This document shows positions 26,470-41,434 of a DNA stretch of 64,000 nt, one piece after another. How positions within the stretch are numbered: the stretch's first letter is position 1; every line of letters begins with the position of its first letter. Both the position numbers and the translations under genes were made by a program. The DNA is from Octopus sinensis (taxonomy: Eukaryota), in assembly GCF_006345805.1 (NCBI RefSeq), contig NC_043019.1:8121360-8185359 (forward strand), given 5' to 3'. A model generated the notes under the pieces. The model saw only the letters and a program-made list of their open reading frames with translations. It was not told where the DNA came from and did not search any database.

Positions 26470-26780
26470 TGTTTGTATGTGTATATAAATGTGTATATCG
26501 ATATGTATATATATATATATATTATGCGATGTGTGAGTGTATGCAACTGTGTGTGTCTGTGTGTCAGCTGACGTCTGTTTCCCCGGCACCGCTTGCTCAT
26601 CAGTCCTCGTCTTTTACAGCCCCGTAACTTAGCGGTTCGGTAACGAAACCGACATAATAACTTTTAAGGTTAAAAAGAAAATAAGTATTGATGTCGCTAC
26701 AGTGGACTAAGTACTCTTGCAACCCATACCCCAGCATGGCCGCAGTCTAATGACCGAAACTATTAACTAATAAAAGATAT
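25755..26780 (+). mobile_element. SINE family A split by expanded microsatellites and a nested SINE
   Basis: Head 25755-25900 and tail about 26555-26780, with an opposite-strand SINE at 26057-26240 between them. Confidence 0.75.
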
Positions 26781-27206
26781 ATTTTGATTGCTTTAGAAAT
26801 TGATGCATGTGTTAATTTGTTATTAGATTAGTATTTATCTCGAGTCCATCCGGTCGTGAAATTTCTTCATTGGTATATAATGCTGAGTGGAATCTCTTCA
26901 TCTAAAAACTTCCCACAGATCCTTTGAAAAGGAAATGAATGTTATTTTATATTTCAGTCAATAAATCGATAGCATTGGCGAGCTTATTCAGCACCACCGT
27001 TCAGATAGAGACGTATTGAACTCATTATATAACGATAGCATTGAGAACGTCTCATTCATTTCGAATAGCGTGGCTTAAAAAGAAATAATTTATCGATAAT
27101 TTTACAAATTAAAGTTTGTTATTTGTCTCTTTTTTGCGTAGTTTTCATTGAAACATAAAATCTATCCTTTTCAGTTTCGCTGTCTCTGTCCGTCTCACAC
27201 ATCAGT

Positions 27207-27227
27207 ATATATAATATATATATATAT

Positions 27228-27286
<59 letters not shown>

Positions 27287-27340
27287 TATATATATATATG
27301 ATATATATATATATATATATATAATATATATATATATAAA

Positions 27341-27391
<51 letters not shown>

Positions 27392-27430
27392 ATATTATAT
27401 ATAATATATTTATATATATATATATATATG
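27207..27430. repeat. (TA)n microsatellite, representative of dozens in the window
   Basis: Direct observation. Confidence 0.98.
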
Positions 27431-27964
27431 CGTGTGTGTGTGCACATATATATTTGTAAGTATGAAGGTGTATATATTCATATACATAAATTCATTCATA
27501 CATACATACATACATCATACATACGACGTGGTACCATTGCACAAGGTGCGTCCCAGTGAGACTGAACCCGGAACCATATGGTTGGGAAGCAAGCTTCCTG
27601 TCACACAGCCACTCCCGTGCCTATTATATATATATTTTGGTTTCAAAATTTCAGGTGTATTCTAAGAAAAATATATCGGCCGGTTCGTTTTTTAAGATTT
27701 TGATTTTGGCAAAAACAAAGGGCAAAGAGAGGATCATATATACCCCAACTGCAAATATCCGCTATTTTTAGTGTCTTTATGCATATAAAAACTATACTAT
27801 TTAAGATAGTATGTTGCAAGTTTGACGGATATGCAAACGGAATTCTGCCAGAACAAGGAGTTTTATTTCTGGTAACGTTTATATATCGAGAATCACATTA
27901 TCAGATGGAATTTGTATATTAATAAAGTTGATATTTTGGAACAGAATGCATTTATACCCGAGAA

Positions 27965-28194
27965 ATATCTATTTCTTTACTACCCACAAGGGGCTAAACA
28001 TAGAGGGGACAAACAAGGACAGACAAAGGGATTAAGTCGATTACATCGACCCCAGTGCGAAACTGGTACTTTATTTATCGACCCGAATGATGAAAGGTAA
28101 AGTCGACCTCGGTGGAATTTGAACTCAGAAAGTAACGACAGACGAAATACCGCAAAGCATTTCGCCCGGCGCGCTAACGTTTCTGCCAGCTCGC
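27965..28194 (-). mobile_element. SINE family B
   Basis: GCGAGCTGGCAGAAACGTTAGC..GAGTTCAAATTCC..GTCGATAAATAAAGTACCAG; multiple copies. Confidence 0.88.
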
Positions 28195-28360
28195 AGAAAT
28201 ATCATAAGGATGATAATGATGATGAGGACGAAGATGAAGGTGTACAACGGAGATGAGAGGCGTCATGACGATGATTTATACCTGGCGATTTCGAAAAGAA
28301 AATACGTCCTTGATGGGCTTCAAAAGGTATGGGAAATTCATCTAGCTTTACACACAATGT

Positions 28361-28675
28361 GGAGGCGCAATGTCCCAGTGGTTAGGGCAGTAGATTCGCA
28401 GTCGGAGGATCGCGGTTTCGATTCCCAGACCGGGCGTTGTGTATGTTTATTGAACGAAAACACCTAAAAGCTCCACGAGGCTCCGACACGGGGTGGTGGT
28501 GGTGACCCATGTTGTATTCTTTCGCTCCAACTTTCTGTCACTCTCTCTACCTGTTTCTTGAGTAACACTGCGATGGACTGGTGACCCGTCCAGCTGTGGG
28601 GAACAAATACGCCACAGAAACCGGGAAACCGGGCCCATGAGCCTGGCTAGGTTTGAAAAGGGCGCATAAATAAAT
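28361..28675 (+). mobile_element. SINE family D (tRNA-like head), tail type X
   Basis: GGCGCAATGTCCCAGTGGTTAGGGC..GGTTTCGATTCCC (A and B boxes); tail gcgatggactggtgacccgtccag. Confidence 0.85.
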
Positions 28676-28818
28676 TTACACGCACTCAACCACCCCAGCC
28701 CTACCCACAGACACAAAGTAAATCTGTTTAATTGATGAATGCTCCAAAAAAGGGGTATCTTATTCTTTTTGAAATGTGCTTAGAATTCACTTTACTATAT
28801 ATGTATAGGTATATATAT

Positions 28819-28857
<39 letters not shown>

Positions 28858-29149
28858 CACGCACATACACACACACACACACACATACACACACACACAC
28901 ATATACATATATATATCACTAATGAGCTGCTGTGCACATATACTCATTGTGCGCATGATTGCGTGCTTGCGCAAATTTTCTCTCCTAAGCTTGAGATCGT
29001 ACTCCCCGTAGAGAAACGCTTACATATAAATGTTAATAAATTCATATACCCCTGTATGTGTATAATGACTGAACATGTATGCACTCCTATATCAGGAAAA
29101 TACATAAGAAGTATATATAAACATACACACACATATATATATACTTTAA

Positions 29150-29435
29150 AGACTCCGCCGGTTACGACGACGAGGGTCCCAGCTGATACGATCAACGGAA
29201 CAGCTTGCTCGTGAAATTAACGTGCAAAACGTAGTTCTCGGGGAAAATCAGCGTGACACAGAGAGTGACAAGGCTGACCCTTTGAAAATACAAGTACAAC
29301 TCATTTTTGCCAGCTGAGTGGACTGGAGCAACGTGAAATAAAGTGTCTTGCTCAGGGACACAACGCGTCCGGGAATCGAACTCACAACCTTACGATCATG
29401 AGCCGAATGCCCTAACCACTAAGCCACGCGCCCTC
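29150..29435 (-). mobile_element. SINE family C (tRNA head + CORE-like), tail type Y
   Basis: GGCGCGTGGCTTAGTGGTTAGG..GAGTTCGATTCCC..TGAGCAAGACACTTTATTTCAC. Confidence 0.85.
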
Positions 29436-29442
29436 ACCTATC

Positions 29443-29534
<92 letters not shown>

Positions 29535-29536
29535 TA

Positions 29537-29576
<40 letters not shown>

Positions 29577-30043
29577 GCATATATAGGTATATATAATATA
29601 TATATATAATATATATATATCTATATATATATATACATGCATATATAGGTATATATATATATATATATAATATATATATATACATTATACATACGCATAT
29701 ATATATGTACGTATCTATGCGTATATATTTATGATATATTACATTAAAGATTTTATATGTGTGTATGTATTATATATACGTATATGTACGCATGTATGCA
29801 TTGAAATATGTGTGGGTATATGTAAAATACTGAGTGTATACGTGTGTGCTAGAGTGTCAATATCGTTTTGGGTTTTCTCCATTTTGACATAAAGAAAGCG
29901 GATATGCATCGACTGTACTTGATTAGAAGTGTCAATGGACAAGCACAACATTTATGATTAGTAGACAGAATACCGTGCTGGGTTTCATTAGTTACGTGAC
30001 ACCGATAATTAACAAATTATTGATATGCCATGCTCTCGCATGT

Positions 30044-30145
<102 letters not shown>

Positions 30146-33089
30146 CTTACATACATACATACATATGTAGCCACATATATATGTTTATATGTATGTACGT
30201 ATATATATATTTATATATATATATGTATATATTTGTGTGTGTGTATGTATATTTATATGTATATATATATTTCACTAAATCATACATCGGTCCTAAATAC
30301 ACATAATGAGTTTGCTTAAGCATGTATTTGATTTTACACACCCACGTAAATACGTACACTCATAGACACACAACATACACACACATGCATGCGCACACAC
30401 GCACACACATATCTACATACATGTATGTACATACTCATAGTATTTTCGTCTGTCTGTGTGTCCCTTTGTGTATAATAACTTTTTCTCATTCGGTACATAG
30501 TAAAAACCCAATATTGTCACGCACTCCCTATAATTAATTTCATATCAAAACATTTTCATTTTTTTTTCCTATTACACTGTCTGTTTTTCATTTTTGTATC
30601 CTAATTCTCCACCAAATATTATATTTCCACTGAATATATTCCAAAATATTTCATTTTACTTCGTTTTCATTATTATATTTATTACTGTAATAAATCCTCA
30701 AGTGAATTTGATTCCGCAATTGAAGGAACTTTCGAGAGAAATATGTATGGTGTTTCGTTGCTGTCACTGAGTTCAATATCGAGCGGATTCATCATCAACC
30801 TTTGTTTCCCCTAATCCTATGAAACAAAATACAACCACTCGCTGTTTATAATATAGCCGTCTATATCTTCCCCATTTTTACTATAGATTAAATGACCATG
30901 TCTTTTTTTTTAGGAATTAGTGTCTTTCCGTTTCTAACAATCATACAAAGACACACTCTTTTAAGGGATGGTGGCAAATATTCAGATATAGCTACACTAT
31001 TGTTAAATTCGTATTTTATATTATCGACAGCCGAAAAGGTAGAAAGCGTGGTTAATCTGTCCGAGATTAGATCCTAGAACGTGAAGATCCGTAATAATAT
31101 ATTGATAGAAACGTAGTTAGTAAAACACTTTAAGTGCCAATATTTCTGTTTTTGCTTTATCAACACATTTCATTATTTTTTTTAATACGTTTCCAACCAC
31201 ATTGATATTCTTTCTGTTATCGTTTAGTATTTGATTCTGAATTTCCTTCTCAGCTATGCATTCTCGGAGTATAGCCACAACAGTCAGGCAACGATGGACA
31301 GCAACAGCCATCGTATTTATTAGAAAATAGCATCGGACATTTATTGCGAAAGTTTCAAAGTGCGACAAATATCCGGACAGGTAAGTCCACTTAGAGATAC
31401 ATCGCTCACAATAAATGACCGTAATGTTGAAAGGAATGGTTTCATATTAACCTCAAATTTATTGACTCCATCATTTTAGATATCTCTGGCAATATCAGCG
31501 ATTTTGAACAATACTAAATACAAGTAAGTTTAAACGTCCGCTAGTAGGTATTATACAATGATTTATTACCGTTATAGAAAGTTCCCTCTGTGTTTTCGAC
31601 TAGTTTAGTGAAGGGATCGTTCTGCATTGTGGCGTCCGACTCAGTATCTACTAAATGCGAGAGTTAAACTTTTCCTATACTGACTGAGATGAATATATGA
31701 CCTATGGAAAATGGGAAGTAATAATGAAATTCTAATATTTCCAAACTAAACGCAAGGTCGGTCAACAAATTACGTCCTGACAGCTACTTACGTAGGAGTA
31801 AATTCAGAATAAAATAAGATGCAAATTACGAAATGATGAAGATGTATGAAACATAAAATAGATATACGGAGTGATAATATCAAGTTCTTTATAAATCTGG
31901 GTAGTAACGAAAATACTACAGACAGAAATTTATATTTAAATTATATTCATGGAATATGTTTGAAATATATTATTTGAATGTTTTATATTAATATAAATGA
32001 ATTTCTTAGTGTATTTGTAAAAATTATATTTGTCTGTAAGAGGGTAGCAGATGGCCTGCAGAACCATAACGTTAGAAAATAGATCGACCCTAGAGCGAAA
32101 TATAACAGAGTAGGGCGACAAGTGACAATCAGACTTGGCCATATACAGTCAAGGCCAACAGTTGGGAATATGTTTTTAAAATTAAGATTGTTATGTCCAA
32201 GTACAATTCGATTCAAATATGTACAACCTAGAGATATATTTAGAAAATTACTATTTCAAAATCTCACAACGAGAGATATTCAGCAACAGTACCTTGGAGT
32301 AATGACAAATGTTGCAGTAATTTAGTCCCAAGAGACATCGTCTCCATCTGGCTATACGACACAATGTGTCCATATATTTTCTAACAAGGGAATCTAGCAC
32401 CCCGACTCAGATCAAAACATTCTCCTTGACAGAAATTTGCGTAATAACTGGTCGAATTTTTCAATTTAAAGAAGAAAGAAGAGGCAAATTCACAAATATA
32501 TTTCTGGACCAAATACCTTACTTTTAGATATAATTTTGGGGGGTAAAAGGCGGCGAGATGGCAGAAACGTTGGCACACCGAGCGAAATGCTTAGCGTTAT
32601 ATTTCGCTATATAGGCCTATGATCCAAACATTTTGCTTCGATTTTATAATCGAATGCAGTTTTTCGAAAATATTACAAATGAATAGTTCTCTGAAAGAAA
32701 ACTTGGGAATCTAAACTTAGTGACAATTAGGATTACAGATGAGAGAGCGAATAAGAAAGGATAGAGAGGGAGAGAACCGAAAACTATCTCTTGTACTGGA
32801 TGGATACATCATATATTGGCAACGAAAGGATAAAGAGCAAAGTGAGACTAAATGGAATTGGAAAGCATTTACCAAATATTTGGCAGCAAGTGTGGCGCTG
32901 GAGCGAGACTCTGTCTGATATAATATTCAGTTTCATTTCGAATAGGTTCTGAAATATTCTGGAAACTTTAATCGCTTGCATTACATCGTTAGTTCCGTTA
33001 GACTACATATGGCTGGTATTGAACTCAGAGTGATCTGGTGATGCAAGCATATTCATGCATGCATACTTACAGACAAATGCACAAAGTCA

Positions 33090-33130
<41 letters not shown>

Positions 33131-34099
33131 GCACACACATACACACACACATTCACAAACTAAATATACGTATTCACACATTAACATTGCCACATACACA
33201 CACACACACACAAACACACACATATATATATGTATATATATATATGTATGTATAGACATATGTATATAGGTACGTACCTGTACAGCATTGTGTACATGCC
33301 TGTATTCGGGTATATGTCTGAATGCATAGAGTCACGCACATATATATACATTGGCGTAGAGTTTTATCTGTCTGCGATTAGCGAATTGCTTTTACGGGGA
33401 AGAATGTCGTCAGGAGAATATCTATCTCACCCTAAACATATCCGCTGAGGTAGAAAAGATTTGCTAATTTTAGAGAGAGATAAAGTCTATGAATAAATTA
33501 TGCAGTTCTGCAGCTCAACAGACACGAAGCACTTAACTGCACTTAGTCGTCTTCCTTGTTTTTTACGAAAGAATTTCCTGTAACACACACACACACACCA
33601 CACACGCACGCACACATGCACACTTATATAATTTAGAATATATCTTTATCAGTTTATATTATTCAAATGAATATCATAGATAACAAAATACTTGTAGCTC
33701 TAAGAGAATATTTTTCCGATTTCTTTCTCAATGTTAACACTAAATATTCTTACGAAAAACATAGTAGCGAGTTCTAGTAATTAGAAATCCAAGTAGTTAC
33801 ATTTCTGCTTGTTTTTATTTCATGAGTAAAGTGAAAGCCGTTCAGGATATTGTTTGATTATATTAAGACAAATGTGTCGTGGATTACTTTTCAAGGTTAA
33901 ATCACGTTTAATACCATAACCTCTAATACAACCATTAGGAGCACTTCTGACACATGTACACACAAAAGACGGATTTCTTCTGTTCCCCTCCAGCAAATTG
34001 ATACACAAGTCGCCACACCTTCACCATAATTGCAGTCACTGCTGTCGAAACATATAATGTTCAGACTTGTATGCTGTAGAAAAATTTAAATAAAGTAGT

Positions 34100-34612
34100 T
34101 TTCGGATATGAATAAACTCAACTATGTACAAAAATGTGGAATTGCAGTGGGAACGAATGCAGTTCCTATTCTTGCGAACTTAATATGGGGATATATTAAC
34201 TTTTCCATATATGAAATGTCTCTGAAAAATATGGATATCCATTTCCCCATTATATAAGAGAGAGCTGGAAAAGATATCTGGGTGACTGCTTTATCATTTG
34301 GAATGAGACCATTGATAAACTTTTGGAATTTAAATCAATACTAGATAGTAAAAAAAATGCTAAACATTCAGTTTACCATGGAATATAGCAAAGGACAGCT
34401 TCTTTATTAAATATTCTGATAAAAAAGTCAGTAAGCAAATTTTAGTCGACATTTGTCATAAACCAATGGCCTCAGAGCATTATCTTCTGTTTATCTCATG
34501 CCACCAGAAAGATATCAAAAGAAATATTCCCTTTAATTAGCGAATAAGGATTGACACAATACTGTCGAATGGAATATACTCTGGACCTACGTCTTCAAGA
34601 TCTTAGAACAAC
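34100..34612 (+). pseudogene. Degenerate Penelope-like RT fragment
   Basis: YVQKCGIAVGTNAVPILANL, WKRYLGDCFIIW, IQFTME, VDICHKPMASEHYLLFISCHQKDIKRNIPFN, with frameshifts; ends at (TA)n. Confidence 0.85.
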
Positions 34613-34619
34613 ATGTATA

Positions 34620-34663
<44 letters not shown>

Positions 34664-34679
34664 ATATATAAATTATTAG

Positions 34680-35330
34680 AGAGTTATCCACTGTGTGGAT
34701 AACTCTAGTGCTAAAAATAGCTCCGAAGCAACCACAGAAGGTCCGTTTCTAGAATCAACACACATTTAACTGAAGGAAAGTGAAATACAACGAATAAAAT
34801 AGATTGACTCTATACAATTGTTTCATTACTAATGCAATATGTAGTTTTACTTACACTTGCATCCATAAATCTTCGGTAGAGTTTGTCAGAAATGCAATTA
34901 ATTAGATCGATCCGGGCGTCAAAAACACGAGCGGTCCAACCAATTACATTTTTAGTTATGTCTCAAATTCCGCGCCAAAAGCATGCCTAGACTCCATTGG
35001 AAACGTATGCCGCATCAAATAAAATATTAACTGCCGCATGGTTAAATTTATATAATTATAAATGAGGGTGAAAAATCGATATTAATTTAATAATACCGTC
35101 AATTTAACACCAAGTGGCTTAGCACAAAAAACTACGGAGAAAATACAAATTTATACATAAAGTAAAGTAAAACTACATATTGCATTAGTAATGAAACAAT
35201 TGTATAGAGTCAATCTATTTTATTCGTTGTATTTCACTTTCCTTCAGTTAAATGTGTGTTGACTCTAGTTGGAAACGGACCTTCTGTGGTTGCTTCGGAG
35301 CTATTTTTAGCACTAGATTTATCCACATAG
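34680..35330. repeat. Inverted repeat, ~160-bp arms, with terminal hairpin
   Basis: 34692-34852 is the near-identical reverse complement of 35165-35330. AGAGTTATCCAC-tgt-GTGGATAACTCT hairpin at 34680-34706. Confidence 0.9.
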
Positions 35331-35518
35331 TTTCAGATGCAGAAGTGGAAATCCACAACACCATCTCTTCGGTTATCTGGGATTTCCACTTCGGCATCTG
35401 AAACTCAGAGTTTTATTTTGACTACCGAGTAATGTAACATATTGTATAGATAAATGTCCTCTATTTACATAATATTGAGGTCTCTTTCTTTCTTTTGTTA
35501 TCTTACCGTTTTATCAAT
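35330..35518 (+). mobile_element. Penelope-type terminal-repeat copy with inverted 5' piece, ending in (TA)n
   Basis: Near-identical to 38128-38290. 35330-35379 is inverted relative to the sequence from 35380 on. Confidence 0.8.
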
Positions 35519-35752
35519 TATATATATATATATATATATATTATATATGTGTGTTGTGGTGTGTGTGTGTGTGTATGTATGTTGACAGTTCAAATAAACC
35601 AAAAACAAATAAAAACACGAACGTGACGATGTTTACAAGAAATGTATTAGTTTCACGCTTGGTTTCGTCATTGACTGTGGCCATCCTGGAGGCAACCTTG
35701 GGTACATGCACATGTGTATATATATATAAATACACACACACACACACACATG

Positions 35753-35834
<82 letters not shown>

Positions 35835-36594
35835 CCGACGCATACACATGCATTTAATTACTCACAAATCTAAATATTCCAATATATTTCAGTGTGTAGA
35901 TTTTCAGCGAATGGTAGAATGCTACTACGAATTCAATTTCTTAATCACCGACGAAAACTGACAAGTGCTAACATTAAGAATATACTTAAAAGAAAACCAA
36001 ATTGGCAATCGATATATTTCAACGAAGTATGCACACAATTTTGGATACAATGGGTTATTTGTATTTTCGATAAAGCATATAGAATTTTTTTTTTGTTTTC
36101 GAAAATTATAATAAACGAATGAGCCATGTAGTGAGAGAAGGAAAATGACAGCAGAGAGGTATGAAAAGAAAAGAGGAAGATAGATGAGTGGAATTGGGTG
36201 AGAATGAAAATCAGATGTCGATGAAAAGAAAGTATATAAAAGGTTGACAGAGCTGCACGAAACTATATATAAACAAATTTAAAGCTTATTATTTTAAATA
36301 AGGGATGTCATCTATGATATAACCCTGAGGATTAATCGCATGTAATTGAACCGGCAACGTATAATTAAAGGCAAACAAAGCGCCCCGCAATTATATATTT
36401 ACCTCCTGATTGACAAACATCGACGCTATGTATTTATGCATATTAAATGTTGACAAAGAAATTTGAGGCTTCACTTAATTCCATGCAATTTTCTGAGATT
36501 GATTTAATGATATAATTATATACATATATATATATATATATATGAAACGTTATGTTACATCTTTGTGTGTATATACATACATATAACAGGTATA

Positions 36595-36696
<102 letters not shown>

Positions 36697-38127
36697 CACA
36701 CACACATATTTACAGATATATACTTATCGATGTATATATATAAGCAGAGAGCGGTAGGTACATAGATAGACAGGGAGAGAGAAAGAGAAATATCAGTTAG
36801 ATAGACATCTTTGTGTATGTGCGCATAAATATATATATATATTTATATAAATAACTTTATATATCCATAAATACGCATATATTCATATATACTATGTACG
36901 TGTTTAAGCATATATACATATATAAAATACGCGTTTTGTTGTGCTGCTCCATGTATCTGTATATTTTTGTGTGTAAATATTTGCATGAATATTTGAACCG
37001 TACACCTGTTTAGATTGAGGGAACCGAAAAACCACGATTCTCTTTTTATGTCCCGTGCAGCAAATGCTCATCGGATAGAATTTGCTTATATATGTACCGA
37101 AATGTTAAGCAGCCGTTTATTAATAAATTGGTTAACCCCAGAAGATCTTGGCTTAGAAAGAAGCAGGCCCAATACCGAAAGGTCCATGTGAAATTTACGG
37201 TAGTTTCACGCGTGGGAGAGAGAAGATTCCGAAATATTTTGATGGAGAACTTGCACAAATGATTTGTTTATACATTGTTTACATAAGTCTGTGTTGTGCA
37301 TAATCTCTCTGTCTCCATCATATCTACAATGCATGTAATAAATTCATGGTTTGCTAAACGTCAGTCGTGGAAGTCATTGCTGGAACGTCTGAAATATTAA
37401 AGGAAAAACAGAAAACGTTTGAATGGATGTAAACGTATATACGATACATTCTCTTTGAAGAAAAAAAATAACATCTTAATAATGTAACAACATTTATTTC
37501 CTTGAAGTTGAGATTAGGACCATGCCGAGGTACTGCCTGGAAAGATTTAGTTTAACCAATTGACATCGATACTTACATTTTTTTAAGTCTTGTGTTTTTT
37601 ATATCTCTGAAGCCGAACATCGATTGCAAACACAATGACACGTTCACATACGTATATGAGAGGCTTCCACGCAGTTTCCGCCCTCTGTATTTGCTCATGA
37701 GTTGGGTCAGTCCAAGGTTATAGTAGAAAACTTTAGCCAAAGATGACGTGAATTGAGACTGAACGCGATAACAGGTTTTTGCCAATCGTGTTTAACCATT
37801 TAGTCGTGTTTGCTTCTTGTTTTTCGGCACACACAGCAGAATGTGGCACTATAAACGTAGCGATTATCATATGATAGAATGGGAGCGACACATTAAATGA
37901 TTAGGTTTCTATGAATAGTAAATCGACAAATATCTAGATTTCAGATTACAAATTAGAAAAAAAATTAAGTCATAGTTGAAAATATTAACTTGGAAGATTA
38001 CAAATGTGAACAAAATTTTACTCTTTTCAAATAATGAATAATTTTGTTCATCCGTTTATACAAATCAACAGGACACAATATATATATATATATATATAAT
38101 ATATATATATTATATATATATATATAT

Positions 38128-38396
38128 GATAAAACGGTAAGATAACAAAAGAAAGAAAGAGACCTCAATATTATGTAAATAGAGGAAATTTATCTATACA
38201 ATATGTTACATTACTCGGTAGTCAAGATAAACTCTGAGTTTCAGATGCCGAAGTGGAAATCCACAACACCATCTCTTCGGTTATCTGGCTATTAAATAGC
38301 CAGATAACCGAAGAGATGGTGTTGTGGATTTCCACTTCGCATCTGAAACTCAGAGTTTATCTTGACTACCGAGTAATGTAACATATTGTATAGATA
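38128..38396. repeat. Head-to-head palindromic pair of terminal-repeat units flanked by (TA)n
   Basis: 38191-38293 is the reverse complement of 38295-38396 (one indel), with a 1-nt centre at 38294. Each arm has CCGAAGA-GATG..CATC-TGAAA-CTCAGAG-TT. Confidence 0.92.
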
Positions 38397-40220
38397 TATA
38401 TATAATATATATTATATATATATATATTATATATATTGAAAAGAGCTGATATAAAGATATATTTATGGACGTGAATATGGGACGGTGACTTTGGATAAAT
38501 GGATATCAGGAAGTTAATTACATAGCAATATTGCGGCATCTCTAGTCAAAATTTTACATCTGGTGCCAAGCGTACAATTACGGTAAATGGCGAGTTACAT
38601 TTACAATACCTGGTAGTCAAGTAGTTTTAGTTTGCTGGTTATATGTACATACATACACAGATACATACATAAATGTATATCTACGAGGACACATGAGAAT
38701 ATATATATATATAAATATACATGTATGTTTAGATAGGTAGGTAGATGCGGGTGTATGCATAATTATATGTATGAGAATATGTTTGCCAGCATATTTGTAT
38801 ATTAGAGTGTTTCAATATTTTAAGTGTTTTCTATATTTAAAATGTAGTCTGAGTGAGTGCAGAGGTGTTTTTGCAGTTTCCATTGAAGTGTCCGAATTCC
38901 TATGATTAAACATGCGTGAGAACATTAACCCTTTCCCAAACTCTATGAACGAGTGTCTGTATACACACAACACACACACGTGTGTGTACATATATACCAA
39001 TGTATATATTATATATTATATATATTATATATATATATATATATACATATATATGCATATACATACATGTATACATATGCATTGATATAAACATAGTATA
39101 TATATATATTATACACAAATATTATATGCAAGTACACATATGTGTACATAGATGTATATGTGCATATATATATATTCGTGTATACATGCATACGTACTTA
39201 CATACATACATACATACATGTGTGTGTGTGTACACAGATTCAAGAATAGATTTTAAAAAGTACATAATATTATATATTAATATATACCAATAGTTATACA
39301 CACAGAGAATGAACAATTGTACACACTCAGACAGACACATATCTTAACTAACATACACACACATAAATATTTACCTGTTCATCCACATGTGAACGCATAA
39401 CACAAGCACCCAGCTGGCAGATAGTTGCATTAGAAATGTTTTTTCCTGTATTCAAATGCCAATGCGTACGTACGTATATAAAAATCTTTGCAATACACCT
39501 ACCTTATATGTGAAGTCGGTGTATATAGGTATTGAGTTTGTACTAACCTCCCTACTTAAACCTCTCCAACCCATTCTGGTCTGAAAGTTGAATTATTTAT
39601 CACTCCTATTCAATCTGAATTTAATAGTTTCCTGCGAAGCCAAGAAGCACTATTTGAATATGCTATTTATGCTTTGAATCAAAATATTCTTGCTAACGAA
39701 AATGTCTGGCTTTTAACTCCGTCTATCACCATTATTCTTTTATCGATGTTAGAGACAATATGGCGGTAACGAATTCACAAATGGTACAGTTATCCAACTT
39801 ATATATTGGTACATTCATATGTATTATCACACACATTCGCACGCACAATAACACACACACACACACACATATTCATCTAGTCTAAACTTCTAGCGGTTAG
39901 TAATGTGTTTTTGAACATTTGAGCAAAGATCGCTCTTTCTTTTTTTACTTTTATAAATGTCTACATCACAAAATATGAAGTTTGATCCTTCTTCTACCCA
40001 CGCAGGGTTATAACTACAGGGAAAATGCATTATTTATCTTTCACTGCATACGTAAATTGTACGCTATTCCATAATTCATATTTACAGAATAAGTCGAAAC
40101 ACACTAACACATGACTACTTATTTGTTAGTATTGTGCATGCGCATTGTTTGTTTTTGATTTCGTCGACTACACAACGTAGTAGGGTCAGTTGGGCAACCG
40201 TCTGTGAGAAAAAGAGCACT

Positions 40221-40690
40221 ATGACCCAATTCACTCTGCCAGAAATATGGAAACGACATGCTGTACTGCTTGGCTTTCGTGTCGGAAGATCCACTGGACG
40301 CGTTTCAGTGTGTTTGTGTGTCTACCTGGGAACAGTGCAATCTGAGGACATGTATGGAGAGGATTAAAATCAAACGTCCAGTCAACATCATGGTGTTTGG
40401 AGTGATCACTAGTGATGGCGACGTTATGTTTCCATTCATATTCCCACACGGCCTCAGGCCCAACACTGGGGACCACATCAAGTGCCTCGGGGGAGGTAGT
40501 ACTGACATGGCTCAAGACGGTAGCTGCTAGAAGACCCTATGCCTGGAAATAAGATTCTGCACCATGCCACACAAGCAGGAGAACCCCAGCCATGACAGTC
40601 AGATAATTTCTGCGATGACATCACCCCCAACACTTAGCTACCTAACTCCCCAGAATGCAAGCCCCTTGATTATTATGCGTGGGCTGCAAA
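40221..40690 (+). pseudogene. Tc1/mariner-superfamily (maT/DD37D-like) transposase remnant, internally deleted
   Basis: IMVFGVITSDGDVMFPFIFPHGLR, *DSAPCHTSRRT, PNSPECKPLDYYAW; about 37 residues between the last two Asp, allowing for a frameshift. Confidence 0.85.
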
Positions 40691-41344
40691 TATCGGAAGT
40701 GAGACAGAACGTTAAAACTTAGTGCGCATGCACAGCAGATTTCAAGGTCAATCTGTGCCAAGGGGCTTTACTCTGCGTTCTTAAGCTTTTTTACTCTAAC
40801 AACAGTCCGGATACTTCTTGATCAGACCACTTATGCATCTGTGTGAGTGCGTGTGTGCTTGTCTCCTCAAACCTCTCTCTGTTTCTGTATGTGTGTGTGT
40901 GTGTGTGTGTGTACGTTGTTTGTGAAATTGAGATGATTATTCCAAAGCCAGTTTATTATTAGCAAAGGACTAATTACTGATGATGAAGACACAATAATGA
41001 AAGTAGAAAGAAATATTTTCTAAAATTATCGTCGGATGTAACATTACATTTCACCTGAAGGCTCAGACAACCAAGGAAAAAGATACGCTTTCAGATTCAT
41101 TGTAATAAAACAAACACTTCAATACATTTTATGAGTAAATAGCTATACGTTTAATTAGTTCATTTTGAACCATCACCTTAATAACTTAGCGGTTCATCCT
41201 TCTCACATGGCATAAATGAACTGTATCCATTTACCGTTTTAATATATCTGTTAATTCATTCAAACCAGTTACATTTATATATTTCATATTCCGTTTATTT
41301 CTTATTTTCTGAAATATATGATACACATACTAATTCGATTATAT

Positions 41345-41434
<90 letters not shown>

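Noticed and set aside
31254-31380. Plus-strand exon-like segment with strong acceptor and donor
   Set aside because: Stops in all three frames; could only be non-coding, which cannot be supported from sequence alone.
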